DNA from: an uncultured candidate division Zixibacteria bacterium
Lineage (GTDB): Bacteria; Zixibacteria; MSB-5A5; UBA10806; 4484-95
Assembly (NCBI GenBank): GCA_963668625.2
Contig: CAXXKA010000003.1
Location: forward strand, 35,000-98,999
DNA length: 64,000 nt
Direction: 5' to 3'
Within the stretch, counting starts at the first letter, position 1. Every line of letters begins with the position of its first letter. Of this stretch, positions 37,214-47,656 are shown in pieces. The notes below the pieces were generated by a model. It made no database searches. It was given only the letters and a program-made list of their open reading frames with translations, and was not told the origin of the DNA. Made by a program: the position numbers and the translations under genes.

Positions 37214-39817
37214 ATGGCAGACAAAACCACACCCCTGATCCAACAGTATCTCAAGATCAAGGAGCAATATCCAGATCGTATACTCTTTTTCCGCATGGGG
37301 GATTTCTATGAGATGTTCGGGGATGACGCTAAACTCGCCTCCGAGGCTTTAGGTATCACCCTGACCTCGCGCAATCATGGCGGCTCTGGCAAGATTCCAT
37401 TGGCCGGAGTACCATACCATCAGGGGGAGAAATACTTAGCCGGGCTGCTAAAGGCCGGCTACGGCGTAGCAGTCTGCGAGCAGGTGGAGGATCCTAAACT
37501 TGCCAAAGGATTGGTCAAGCGGGATGTCGTAGAGGTACTGACACCAGGCTCGATCACTGTCGAGGGTGTACTGGATGACGGCGCCTCGAGTTTTATAGCC
37601 GCATTAAATGTCGAGGACGATACAGTGGGGTTGGCTCTTCTGGATTACACCACCGGTGAGTTCATTCTGGATGAATTCCCCGGTGACCGTCTGGAGCTAA
37701 TGATGAGCCGTTACAGCCCCTCGGAGCTTCTACTGCCGGATAACGAACCCGAACTCGTAACCTTATTTTTAAAACACAACCATATCCCGATCTGGCGTGC
37801 CGAGATATTCCGGTTCGAGCCTGATTTCGCCGCCGATACTTTAAACGCCCATTTCAACACGCATTCCCTGGATGGTTTCGGTGTTTCTGATATGCCGCTG
37901 GCAGTCGGCGCGGCCGGAGCGCTTTTAGATTATGTCAAGAAGCTCAAGAAAGGTCAGGCCGAGCATATACGTTCAATGATGAGAGCCTCAAGCACCAACC
38001 AGATGTATCTCGATCAGGCAACCATCGCCAATTTGGAATTGCTGGAAAGCTCGACCGGCGAGCGCGAGTTTTCTCTTCTGTGGCTATTGAACAAATGCCG
38101 CACACCTATGGGGAAAAGACTGCTGCGAAGACGAACGGTTGCCCCGCTGACCGATAAAGATAGAATTCTGAACCGTCAGGGGAGAGTGCTGGAGTTTTAT
38201 AACGACCGGACTTTTTGCGATGATACCACCGAGATATTGAAAGATATCAAGGATGTCGAGCGCATACTCTCGCGTTTCGTAGCGGGACGGGCCAACCCTC
38301 GCGATTTGATGGCCCTGCGCGAATCGTTCGCGGCCATTGTCAGGCTGAAAACCTGCCTGACCTCGCGGGAAAACGCGGTACAGGATATAGCATCCCGAAT
38401 GGATAGTTTCGAGGATATACTTCCGGAGTTGGAACAGTCGCTGGTTGAAAGCCCGCCGGTTTCGTATCTCGATGGCGGTATCTTCCGCAAAGGCTACTCG
38501 GAACGTCTCGACCGGATGCGAGACAGTATCGCCGATGCCCGTGTGTATATAAAAAATCTTCAGGCGAAAGAACGGGAGCGGACCGGTATCCCGACCCTGA
38601 AAGTCGGTTATAATAAAGTGTTCGGTTATTATATCGAAATATCCAAAGCCCAGGCCGCCAAAGCTCCGGCGGAATATATCCGCAAGCAGACTCTGGTCAA
38701 TGGCGAACGCTTCATCACCGAGGAGATGAAAGTCAAGGAAGAGCTGATAGTCAAAGCCGAGGAGAAAATCAACCTCCTGGAGGCCGAGCTGTTTTTAGAG
38801 CTAAAAGGCAAGGTCAAGGAGATGTCCGTAAGGATACTCGATACCGCCGCCGCCATAGCTGAAATAGATTTCTTCGTGGCGCTGGCAACGGTTGCCCGCT
38901 TGAACGGTTACATCATTCCGAAAATTCATGATAGCCGCGATGAGCAGTCCGGCATAATCGATATCAGGTCGGGCCGTCACCCGATTGTCGAGAAATCGCT
39001 GCCGCCGGGTGAGTTCGTCGCCAACGACACGCTGATAAATATCACCGAAAAGCGTATACAGATAATCACCGGACCTAACATGGCCGGTAAATCGACATAC
39101 CTGAGGCAGGTGGGGCTAATCGCAATCATGGCTCAGATGGGTGGGTTCGTGCCTGCTGATTCGGCTAAGATCACTATCTGCGACCGCGTGTTCACCCGTG
39201 TGGGCGCGGCCGACCGACTGGCGCATGGCCAATCGACATTCATGGTCGAGATGAACGAGACCGCTAATATCGTAAACAACGCCACCTCTGAAAGCCTGAT
39301 ACTCCTCGATGAGCTTGGCCGGGGGACATCCACTTACGATGGCCTGTCGCTGGCCTGGGCGGTCACCGAACATCTGGCTGAAAACGTTGATCTGGCCCCG
39401 AGGGTGTTGTTTGCCACACACTATCACGAGCTGACCGAGATGGAGAGCTTGTACACCGGCATAGTCAACTACCAGGTGGCTGTGAAAGAAACAGGCGCCA
39501 AGATCATATTCCTGCGCAAAATAATCTCCGGCGGCTGTGATGACTCCTACGGTATCGAGGTAGCCCGTCTGGCGGGCATACCCAAACGGATAATAAATCG
39601 CGCCAAGAAGATACTGAATCAGCTCGAGGACAAGCAGCCCTCCGAGGCGATACGCAAAAAGATGAAACAAGCAGGCAGCCAGGTGGACTCCTACCAGATA
39701 TCGTTATTCTCTCCCCAGGAGGCAAAGATAGCCGAGAGGCTGCGCTCGCTTGACTTGAACGAGATCACGCCTATCGATGCTTTAAAGATTTTGCAGGAGA
39801 TAAAGGACGAGCTGTAG
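37214..39817 (+). CDS. mutS: DNA mismatch repair protein MutS
   Basis: GDFYE.F, TGPNMAGKSTY, STFMVEM, DELGRGT and FATHYHEL motifs. Confidence 0.98.
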   Translation: MADKTTPLIQQYLKIKEQYPDRILFFRMGDFYEMFGDDAKLASEALGITLTSRNHGGSGKIPLAGVPYHQGEKYLAGLLKAGYGVAVCEQVEDPKLAKGLVKRDVVEVLTPGSITVEGVLDDGASSFIAALNVEDDTVGLALLDYTTGEFILDEFPGDRLELMMSRYSPSELLLPDNEPELVTLFLKHNHIPIWRAEIFRFEPDFAADTLNAHFNTHSLDGFGVSDMPLAVGAAGALLDYVKKLKKGQAEHIRSMMRASSTNQMYLDQATIANLELLESSTGEREFSLLWLLNKCRTPMGKRLLRRRTVAPLTDKDRILNRQGRVLEFYNDRTFCDDTTEILKDIKDVERILSRFVAGRANPRDLMALRESFAAIVRLKTCLTSRENAVQDIASRMDSFEDILPELEQSLVESPPVSYLDGGIFRKGYSERLDRMRDSIADARVYIKNLQAKERERTGIPTLKVGYNKVFGYYIEISKAQAAKAPAEYIRKQTLVNGERFITEEMKVKEELIVKAEEKINLLEAELFLELKGKVKEMSVRILDTAAAIAEIDFFVALATVARLNGYIIPKIHDSRDEQSGIIDIRSGRHPIVEKSLPPGEFVANDTLINITEKRIQIITGPNMAGKSTYLRQVGLIAIMAQMGGFVPADSAKITICDRVFTRVGAADRLAHGQSTFMVEMNETANIVNNATSESLILLDELGRGTSTYDGLSLAWAVTEHLAENVDLAPRVLFATHYHELTEMESLYTGIVNYQVAVKETGAKIIFLRKIISGGCDDSYGIEVARLAGIPKRIINRAKKILNQLEDKQPSEAIRKKMKQAGSQVDSYQISLFSPQEAKIAERLRSLDLNEITPIDALKILQEIKDEL

Positions 39818-39821
39818 CTAT

Positions 39822-40718
39822 CTACCAGTCAGAATTTTGCAACTCTTCCCAAAATGATCCGCTATGAAGATGATCGGTGAATTCCTTGTAGAATGAATCT
39901 TTATCTACTAAATCCGATGGCCAATACTTATCAAAAAGACTATCCGCCGCGTCAGATTCCCCGGCATAAATCAAATCAAGCATAGCACGCCACAGGCATG
40001 TTGGATAAGGGGCATATTTTGTACTGTTAGGAAAATCTCTGATATACCAGGCCAGACATTCATCCAGATGTTTTGAGTCAGTATTTAAATCCAAGAGGAT
40101 ATAATCTTTAAATTTAAAATTTGCCAGACGATACTTATCACCATCCCATTTCCATACAAGAGTAGGACATGGAGCGTTAGAGCATCCGCAATTCCAGCCT
40201 TGGAATCTAATATCACAACAAATCATTTCAGGTATATTGTCACCATCGATATCAATAAAACTAGCGCTGGACTTATTGAAACCATCAAACTTGCCTATTA
40301 AAACAGCCGCCGTATCGATAGAATATATATACACGTTTTCAGCTCCATTACTGCCTCCGCTTGCGGAGTAAAAGGTTAATTCTGGTTTACCATCCCCGGT
40401 TATATCTTTTAAAAATTGCACTGCCGAGTCACAGCCACAAAAAAAGTCATAGTTGCATATACTTAGTTTAGGATAAAGTATTGAGGTTAAGATAATCTTA
40501 TCTCTGTAAAACAACTCATAATAATCCCCATAATCCTCATAGATGTCTGTATTATCATAAGGAATAAAATATCTAACCAGACGATAATCACCATCCGTTA
40601 GGGTAAACAGTACTTTGCGATATTCCGCCATCTCCGGAGTGATCTCCTGAGCTGGTAAAGATCTGAACGCTAATACTATTGACAATATTAAGAATACATA
40701 TTTAGCTTTATTACTCAT
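39822..40718 (-). CDS. Secreted hypothetical protein with two DxxGDxxPE Ca-binding (FG-GAP-like) motifs
   Basis: Signal peptide; DITGDGKPE and DIDGDNIPE; AT-rich and convergent with mutS. Confidence 0.75.
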   Translation of the reverse strand: MSNKAKYVFLILSIVLAFRSLPAQEITPEMAEYRKVLFTLTDGDYRLVRYFIPYDNTDIYEDYGDYYELFYRDKIILTSILYPKLSICNYDFFCGCDSAVQFLKDITGDGKPELTFYSASGGSNGAENVYIYSIDTAAVLIGKFDGFNKSSASFIDIDGDNIPEMICCDIRFQGWNCGCSNAPCPTLVWKWDGDKYRLANFKFKDYILLDLNTDSKHLDECLAWYIRDFPNSTKYAPYPTCLWRAMLDLIYAGESDAADSLFDKYWPSDLVDKDSFYKEFTDHLHSGSFWEELQNSDW

Positions 40719-40789
40719 ATCTAATCCTGCAACCTTTGCTATAATAAAGTATATCTATGAAAGTGTAAAGGTGATTTTAGTTTTATTAT

Positions 40790-41044
40790 CACTAGTGTCC
40801 GGTGTTTTTCGCTAATTTTTATATTTCTCTTTGGAATTGTTAGTGAAAAATATTTTCCGATATAATTATTATATTCAGCGTATCATGCATCCTGACATGT
40901 CCTGCTGATGTTAGGCTTAGTTTCCTGGTTTCCAAGCGCTGCTTGGAAACCTTCTTGAGTCATGTAGAATGCGCATTCTGCCGGTAAACAAGCCACGTTG
41001 AGAAGCAGCGCTTCGCAACGAGATGGAAAGGCCGGACAGTAGTG
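40790..41044. mobile_element. IS4-type MITE family A, 255 bp, intact
   Basis: cactagtgtccgg ... ccggacagtagtg; perfect 9-bp target duplication ttttattat. Confidence 0.92.
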
Positions 41045-41057
41045 TTTTATTATATAA

Positions 41058-41282
41058 AACTACTGTCCAGCCTTTTGCGGGAGTGCGCCTCAGGATGTCG
41101 TTCCTTCCATCCTGAGGCATAGTAGTTATGTTATATAGCCGCGACTTACGTAAGTACATGTGTCAGGATGAAAGCGAAGCGACATCCTGACACGCTAAGT
41201 CTCTAACTCGATCATAAAATCTCTTTCTCTAATAATACTTTGCTTAATGGAAATACTTATCTAAATACACCGGATACTAATA
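41058..41282. mobile_element. MITE family B with degenerate IS4-like ends
   Basis: aactactgtccagc ... acaccggatactaat; internal motifs shared with 7104-7270. Confidence 0.6.
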
Positions 41283-41419
41283 ATTGCAGAACCATTTTAA
41301 TATTGGATTCCGGGCAAAAGATAACGACAATCATCCTTGACAATCCGTAAATATTGATTATCATAACAAACACGATTAGCCAACACTAATATTTAATTGT
41401 CATAAATACAGGAGGCACA

Positions 41420-42820
41420 ATGAAATCTATTAAATCAATTTCTACGATTCTCGTTTTAATGTTAAGTGTCACAGTTACCGCAACTATACTAAACGTCCCT
41501 GATGAGTACGGCACCATCCAGCAGGGCATAAACGCCAGCTCTGATGGCGACACGGTGCTGGTTCAGCCCGGCACTTATTACGAGAATATTAATTTCTTCG
41601 GACATAAGATAACTATCGGATCGCTTTATCTCACCACGGGTGATTCCTCTTATGCCGGCAGTACCATCATTGATGGTAACTCATCAGGAGTCGTAGTGGA
41701 ATTTAGCAACAACGAAGACAGCACCTCGACTATAACAGGCTTCACCATTCAGAACGGTCATAGCGGCTCAGGTGGTGGCATAATCTGCGATAATACCTCG
41801 CCAAATATCTTTGGGAATAAAATCATCTATAATAACGCCGAGAATTATGGCGGCGGAATATATGCAGTAAATAACGCTGCTCCGAGAATTATTTACAATT
41901 CTATTTCAAACAACATTGCCAGTATTGCCGGTGGTGGAATATGCAATGATGAGGGTTCATCATCATATATATTTTACAATAAGATCGATCTAAATACAGC
42001 TTACCAGGGAGCAGGAATCTTAGCCAGCGGCGATGGCCCGACTATAGAGGCTAACTGGATCAGCGAAAATCACGCGCTGATGGTGGCCGGGGGAATCTCC
42101 GCCGATGCCCCATCAACGATGATCCGATATAACTGTATAGTTTACAACGTTTCTGATACAGCCGCCGGGGGAATTTTATGTATTAACAACTCTCCCACGA
42201 TTGCCAATAATACTTTGCTGGGGAATAAAGCCGGCTGGTCAGGCGGCGGAATATTCAATTTAGCTGCCCAACCAAATATTATAAATACAATTTTATGGGC
42301 CGACAGCGCGAATGGAATACCCGATGAGTTGACCGACAGCCTGGGGAATCCATCGGTAACTTATTGTTGTGTGCAAGGTGGCTTTGCAGGTATAGGAAAT
42401 ATTGATGACAACCCATTATTTTGCGATCTTGAGTCACTTGATCTGCAATTAGCCGAGAATTCGCCATGTGTCGGTACCGGTCAGGGGGGAGCTGATATAG
42501 GAGTATATGGTGTAGGCTGCGAGGCCACATCCATTGATAATATTATAGAGTTGCCAAAAGCTTTGAGCTTATCACAGAACTACCCAAACCCATTCAATGC
42601 CTCAACCATTATCAGCTACGACCTGCCCGAGCAGGCGCATGTCAGACTAACAATCTACGATATATTAGGCCGTCAGGTGGCCATGCCAGTAGATCGCATG
42701 CAAGGCGCGGGAGAGTATCAGGTGCTTTGGAATGCCGATGACTACTCCACGGGCATTTATTTCGCCAGGGTCCGATATCTCGATAAATCTGAATCTATCA
42801 AGATGTTGATGGTCAAATAG
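41420..42820 (+). CDS. Right-handed beta-helix protein with T9SS type A C-terminal domain
   Basis: VP.EY.TIQ.GI...GDTVLV.PGTY.EN; GGGI repeats; C-terminal QNYPNPFN..IYDILGR..GIYF..KMLMVK. Confidence 0.85.
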   Translation: MKSIKSISTILVLMLSVTVTATILNVPDEYGTIQQGINASSDGDTVLVQPGTYYENINFFGHKITIGSLYLTTGDSSYAGSTIIDGNSSGVVVEFSNNEDSTSTITGFTIQNGHSGSGGGIICDNTSPNIFGNKIIYNNAENYGGGIYAVNNAAPRIIYNSISNNIASIAGGGICNDEGSSSYIFYNKIDLNTAYQGAGILASGDGPTIEANWISENHALMVAGGISADAPSTMIRYNCIVYNVSDTAAGGILCINNSPTIANNTLLGNKAGWSGGGIFNLAAQPNIINTILWADSANGIPDELTDSLGNPSVTYCCVQGGFAGIGNIDDNPLFCDLESLDLQLAENSPCVGTGQGGADIGVYGVGCEATSIDNIIELPKALSLSQNYPNPFNASTIISYDLPEQAHVRLTIYDILGRQVAMPVDRMQGAGEYQVLWNADDYSTGIYFARVRYLDKSESIKMLMVK

Positions 42821-42940
42821 AACCGCATCTTTTTCATTACGAATATTATATTGCTTTAAATATCCCTTGACCTAATCGGAGACTATAATATATTTATATC
42901 CAGATACACCGGTTATCTTACATTAACAGTAAGGACAAAA

Positions 42941-44221
42941 TTGATGAACAGAATACTTATTTTATGCTGCTTTATTGCGATGATATGGCAAGCCGCGTTT
43001 GGGCAGGGCACGCGCGTTGATACCTCGTTTTACTCTCAGGCTCTCGATGCCGAAAAGATGGTGGATGTTTACCTTCCCGAGGGCTACAGCCCCGATAATG
43101 ATGATTATTACCCTACGATATATTTTCTTCATGGGGCGGGAGGCAACCAGAACTCATACCCGGAGATTATCGACATACTCGATACTCTTATTGCAAACGA
43201 ACATATCAAACCATGTATCGTCGTTAAGCCAAGCGGCTACGTTCTACCATACGCAGGCAGCATGTGGACCAACTCCGAGTTGTACGGTGATTATGAGGAT
43301 TTCGTAATATACGATCTGATAGAGTTCATTGAAACCACCTATAAAGCGATACCCGAACGCGAGTATCGCTCGATAACCGGGCATTCGATGGGCGGAATCG
43401 GCTGTATGAAAATAGCCCTGGCTCATCCCGAGCTGTACCGGGCGGTGGCAGCGTTAAGCGGTGCGCTCGATCTGAATGTCGGTATCGATCTCTGGCTACC
43501 GCATCTATACTCTGAAAACGGAGAGAATCCGCCGTATAATTTCTCGCCGTTCGGCGGCACGTTTTCTCTTCTGACATTCACCGCCGCCGGAGCGTTTTCG
43601 CCAAACCTCTCCAACCTGCCGTATTTCGTTGATTTCCCATTGGATGAAAACGGGGATGTAGTACAATCGGTGTTCGAGCTGTGGCTGCCGCATAACCCGG
43701 CTAATATGGCATCATCATTACCGCCCGAATCCGATCTGGCGATTTATTTCGACTGCGGCACGTATGACCATCTGGAGTTTTACCCCATGGCCACATCTTT
43801 TGCCGACACCTTAACGAACCTCGGTATAGATTATCAGTTCCAATCGTTTTCCGGCGATCATTACAGCGAAACCCGTCCCCCGATAGCATTCATGTTTTTG
43901 GATTCGGTTGTCAATCAAGCCACCGGTATAGATGGCAGAGTAGAGGTATCACTTCCTGGGGATATCAGACTGTCGCAAAATTATCCCAATCCATTTAATG
44001 TAACAACTAATATCGAGTTCGAGATTGCCCGAAGTGGAAATGTCAAGCTGGAAATTTACGATATCCTCGGCAGATTGATATCAACGCCGCTGGATTTTGG
44101 TTTTACGGCTGGAACTCATAAATACACTTGGGATGGCGGCGATTATCCATCCGGGCTTTATTTCTATAAACTCACCGGGGAAAGTAAAACCTTGACCAGT
44201 AAAATGACTCTTCTAAAATAA
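42941..44221 (+). CDS. Esterase (alpha/beta hydrolase, GHSMGG) with T9SS type A C-terminal domain
   Basis: VYLP..Y, YP.IYFLHG and GHSMGG motifs; QNYPNPFN CTD. Confidence 0.88.
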   Translation: MMNRILILCCFIAMIWQAAFGQGTRVDTSFYSQALDAEKMVDVYLPEGYSPDNDDYYPTIYFLHGAGGNQNSYPEIIDILDTLIANEHIKPCIVVKPSGYVLPYAGSMWTNSELYGDYEDFVIYDLIEFIETTYKAIPEREYRSITGHSMGGIGCMKIALAHPELYRAVAALSGALDLNVGIDLWLPHLYSENGENPPYNFSPFGGTFSLLTFTAAGAFSPNLSNLPYFVDFPLDENGDVVQSVFELWLPHNPANMASSLPPESDLAIYFDCGTYDHLEFYPMATSFADTLTNLGIDYQFQSFSGDHYSETRPPIAFMFLDSVVNQATGIDGRVEVSLPGDIRLSQNYPNPFNVTTNIEFEIARSGNVKLEIYDILGRLISTPLDFGFTAGTHKYTWDGGDYPSGLYFYKLTGESKTLTSKMTLLK

Positions 44222-44242
44222 GTAACTTGTAGTGAGGGAAAC

Positions 44243-45685
44243 ATGAAATCATTAATTACATCGATAGCACTGATAATTGTATTTTCAACAATATCCTTGG
44301 CTCAAGCGCCCGATACCGCCTGGACACGATCCTATGATCGGGGCAGTTGGGATGATGGCAGATGGATATCCGAGACCTCAGATAATGGTTTCGTGATGGT
44401 TGGCGTATCCCAGATTACCGGGAACACATGGCTGGATATTTTAATGATAAGACTTGATTCCAACGGCGATTCTCTTTGGGCGCACACTTACGGCGATACC
44501 ATAATCGGTCAGGATGCTTTCTGTGTTAAAGAGGATATTTACAATGGCGGCTATGTGATAGCGGGCCTGAAAAATTTCACCATGGTTTTACGCAACGCCT
44601 GGATTATCAAAACCGATGAGGTCGGCGATACGGTCTGGACATATTATTACGGCGGTTCGAATAACGCCGAGGCATGGCATGTCACATGTACCTCCGATAG
44701 CGGCTATGCGGTTACGGGTGTCAGATATGATTCGGGCGAGTTCGCGAATGTTTTCCTTTTGAAATTAGATAAAAACGGTGATTTCGATTGGCATCAGGTT
44801 TACGGCGCCGGCGGTTATGAGGCCGGTAAAATAGTCGAACAAACCACCGATGGCGGCTTTATGGTTGCGGGGCAGAAAGATGTCTCGGGACGATCCTATG
44901 ATTTCTACCTGATCAAAACCGATTCCTTTGGAGCAGTCGAGTGGGATTCCACCTATGGCGGCGATAGCTATGATGCTTGTACCTCGGCGAAACAAACCTC
45001 TGACGGAGGCTATATACTTTACGGCGAATCCGATTCGAACATTCCCAACTCCTCGATGGCGCTGAAAGTCAACTCCGATGGTGATTCGCTCTGGTGCTAC
45101 AATTACAGCAGGTCTACCGGAGATTACGGAAAATCCGTTTGCGAGTGCTCGGATGAAGGGTTCATTTTCGGAGGTTATTCAAATAATACCGGCTATAGAG
45201 ATGACTACTGGTTTTTGCGTACTGATGAAAACGGTGATACGTTATGGTCAACAACTGTAGGTTACGGTGATGATCAGCGTGCCTGCTGCGTTGCCCAAAC
45301 GAGTGATGGCGGATATATTCTCGGCGGTAGTAGCGCAAACACCGGCCCCACCTGGGGGGATTTCCATGTGGTGAAACTTAACGCCACCCCATCGGGGATA
45401 GAGGACAATAATGTCCTGCCCCACGATTTCAGCTTGAACCAGAATTATCCCAACCCGTTTAACGCCTCAACCGAGATCAGCTATTCGCTTAGCAAACAGG
45501 CAGAGATTCATCTTGAGATATATAACGAGCTTGGCCAGAGTGTCGAGGTGCTCTATGAGGGAATAAAGCAGGCGGGAGCACACAACATAGTCTGGAATGC
45601 CGGAGGCTACGCCTCGGGAACATATTTCGCCAAACTGAGCGCGAACGGGCAATCACAGCAGATTAAGATGGTGCTGGTGAAATAA
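44243..45685 (+). CDS. Beta-propeller repeat protein with T9SS type A C-terminal domain
   Basis: Repeats QT.DGGY...G....D..L.KTD..GD.LW...YG; QNYPNPFN CTD. Confidence 0.85.
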   Translation: MKSLITSIALIIVFSTISLAQAPDTAWTRSYDRGSWDDGRWISETSDNGFVMVGVSQITGNTWLDILMIRLDSNGDSLWAHTYGDTIIGQDAFCVKEDIYNGGYVIAGLKNFTMVLRNAWIIKTDEVGDTVWTYYYGGSNNAEAWHVTCTSDSGYAVTGVRYDSGEFANVFLLKLDKNGDFDWHQVYGAGGYEAGKIVEQTTDGGFMVAGQKDVSGRSYDFYLIKTDSFGAVEWDSTYGGDSYDACTSAKQTSDGGYILYGESDSNIPNSSMALKVNSDGDSLWCYNYSRSTGDYGKSVCECSDEGFIFGGYSNNTGYRDDYWFLRTDENGDTLWSTTVGYGDDQRACCVAQTSDGGYILGGSSANTGPTWGDFHVVKLNATPSGIEDNNVLPHDFSLNQNYPNPFNASTEISYSLSKQAEIHLEIYNELGQSVEVLYEGIKQAGAHNIVWNAGGYASGTYFAKLSANGQSQQIKMVLVK

Positions 45686-45695
45686 GCAATACGCA

Positions 45696-45718
45696 GGGGC
45701 ACAGCATGCCGTGCCCCT
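45696..45718. repeat. REP-like palindrome
   Basis: ggggcac.gcatgc.gtgcccc. Confidence 0.55.
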
Positions 45719-45780
45719 GCGCTCATCGATGCTATCACTACATCTTGACATCCCAGGTAAACCTGCGTTATCATATCCCC

Positions 45781-46797
45781 ATGTTTAAAAACATCCGCGA
45801 TAGTTTTCACAACCTGTTATCACCGGCGTTCAAGTGGCTACAGGTCGAAATCAGCTCGCTATGTAATGGCAGATGTATCTATTGTCCGCATACTATCTAT
45901 AAGGATTACTGGCAGGGCTCTTTGATGAGCCTCGAGACATTCGCAAAGCTTTCGCCATCCCTGAAAAGAACCAAACTGGTATACCTTCAGGGCTGGGGCG
46001 AACCGTTTCTCAATCCCGATATTTTCAAGATGATTAAAATAGCGAAAGAGCACGGCTGCAAAGTAGGCACCACCACTAACGGCAATCTGATAAACGAGCG
46101 GACACTCGAAAAGGCGATTTATTCCGGGCTGGATATAATAACGTTCTCGCTTGCGGGTGGGGAGAAGACCAACAACGAACTTAGACAGGGCACCGATATA
46201 AATCATATTAAAACGCAATTAAGCTATCTCGGCCGATTACCCAAAAGGCCGGAGATACATATAGCTGACATGATGACCAGGGCAAATCTCGATGATACGA
46301 TACACATACTGGAATACCTCAATGACCTGCCAATCGATAACCTGGTCATTTCAACACTCGATTTTATTGCCTGTAAAGCGATAGCGGACGAACAACTGTT
46401 TCCAGCCACTACCGAGGAGTACGACTCATTGCTTGCAATGCTTAAACGCATTCAAGCCGATGGTAATAAACGCGGAATTGCGGTGAATTACTATTTAGGC
46501 TCGCCCGATCAACATTATCCCACCTGTACCGAGATGCCTCAGTATACTTGCTTCGTATCCTCCGATGGCTCTGTATCGCCGTGTGTGTTCACCAATCTGC
46601 CCGTTGATGAAACCGAGTATCTAAGTAATGACAATCTAAGTCGTTATGGCAGACTGGTGTTCGGCAATATCAACGATGAACCATTGGCTGCAATCTGGCG
46701 AAAGCCTGCATATCGCCGGTTTCGCGATCAGTTTGAAAACGGCAGCTTTTACGCGGCCTGTGAGACCTGCCGTAAAATTCATATGATGGCGCAATAA
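45781..46797 (+). CDS. Radical SAM protein with SPASM/Twitch domain
   Basis: CNGRCIYC, GWGEP and C-terminal C..DG.V.PC...GN...CETC; start inferred from the promoter TTGACA-18-TATCAT. Confidence 0.88.
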   Translation: MFKNIRDSFHNLLSPAFKWLQVEISSLCNGRCIYCPHTIYKDYWQGSLMSLETFAKLSPSLKRTKLVYLQGWGEPFLNPDIFKMIKIAKEHGCKVGTTTNGNLINERTLEKAIYSGLDIITFSLAGGEKTNNELRQGTDINHIKTQLSYLGRLPKRPEIHIADMMTRANLDDTIHILEYLNDLPIDNLVISTLDFIACKAIADEQLFPATTEEYDSLLAMLKRIQADGNKRGIAVNYYLGSPDQHYPTCTEMPQYTCFVSSDGSVSPCVFTNLPVDETEYLSNDNLSRYGRLVFGNINDEPLAAIWRKPAYRRFRDQFENGSFYAACETCRKIHMMAQ

Positions 46798-46890
46798 ACC
46801 GCTTTTTTCGGCACTATCAAATCAAATGAATACAGTTTATACCTTGCGGATTACTATCCATAAAATTATAATTACGCGTGTAAAAAAGGA

Positions 46891-47655
46891 GTGCTTTTGG
46901 CAGAAATCGTAAAACATCCCGCCGCGGATGTTGAAATTAAAATAATATTCGACAATAAACTCACCCTGGATGGACTGACGCCGGAATGGGGATTTTCCTG
47001 TCTGATAAAGGTCGGGAACGAGTCTATACTGTTCGATACGGGCGGAAATGCAGATATATTTATCTCGAATTTCAACAAGATGAATATCGATCCCGCCTCG
47101 ATAAACACGGTAATGATTTCCCACGATCATTGGGATCATACTGCCGGTATCGAGGAGTTCTATGGCTTGAATAAAAAGCCGCCGTTATATCTGCTCAGTT
47201 CTTTCTCGGAGGGCACCAAAAACTCAGCCGGCCAGGCCGGCGCGAATATCTCCCCGATAGACAAGCCGACCGAGATACTCCCGGGATGCCTGACAACCGG
47301 CGAGATGCCGACTAACCGTGCCAACCTGTATGAGCATTCGCTGTTTATCAATAGCGATAAAGGTACGATCATCATAACCGGCTGCGCTCATGCCGGCATA
47401 GTGAATATCATCGAAAAATGCCGAGAGATGCTGGGGAACGAGATCTATTACGTGCTGGGTGGATTTCACCTGTTCGAGACACCCGAGGATGAGGTGCAAG
47501 CTATAGTCAGAGGCTGCCTCGATTTGAATATCAACTATATATCTCCCTGCCATTGCACCGGCGAGACTGCGATAAATATGTTCCATAAGTCATTTGGCAC
47601 GAGGTTTATAGATATCGGCGCCGGAACAGAAATCGATTTCGGGAAATTGCGATAG
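46891..47655 (+). CDS. MBL-fold metallo-hydrolase (MJ0448-like group)
   Basis: WGFS.L, LFDTG, SHDHWDH, TGCAH.G, GGFHL and PCHCTG motifs. Confidence 0.88.
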   Translation: MLLAEIVKHPAADVEIKIIFDNKLTLDGLTPEWGFSCLIKVGNESILFDTGGNADIFISNFNKMNIDPASINTVMISHDHWDHTAGIEEFYGLNKKPPLYLLSSFSEGTKNSAGQAGANISPIDKPTEILPGCLTTGEMPTNRANLYEHSLFINSDKGTIIITGCAHAGIVNIIEKCREMLGNEIYYVLGGFHLFETPEDEVQAIVRGCLDLNINYISPCHCTGETAINMFHKSFGTRFIDIGAGTEIDFGKLR

Positions 47656-47656
47656 T

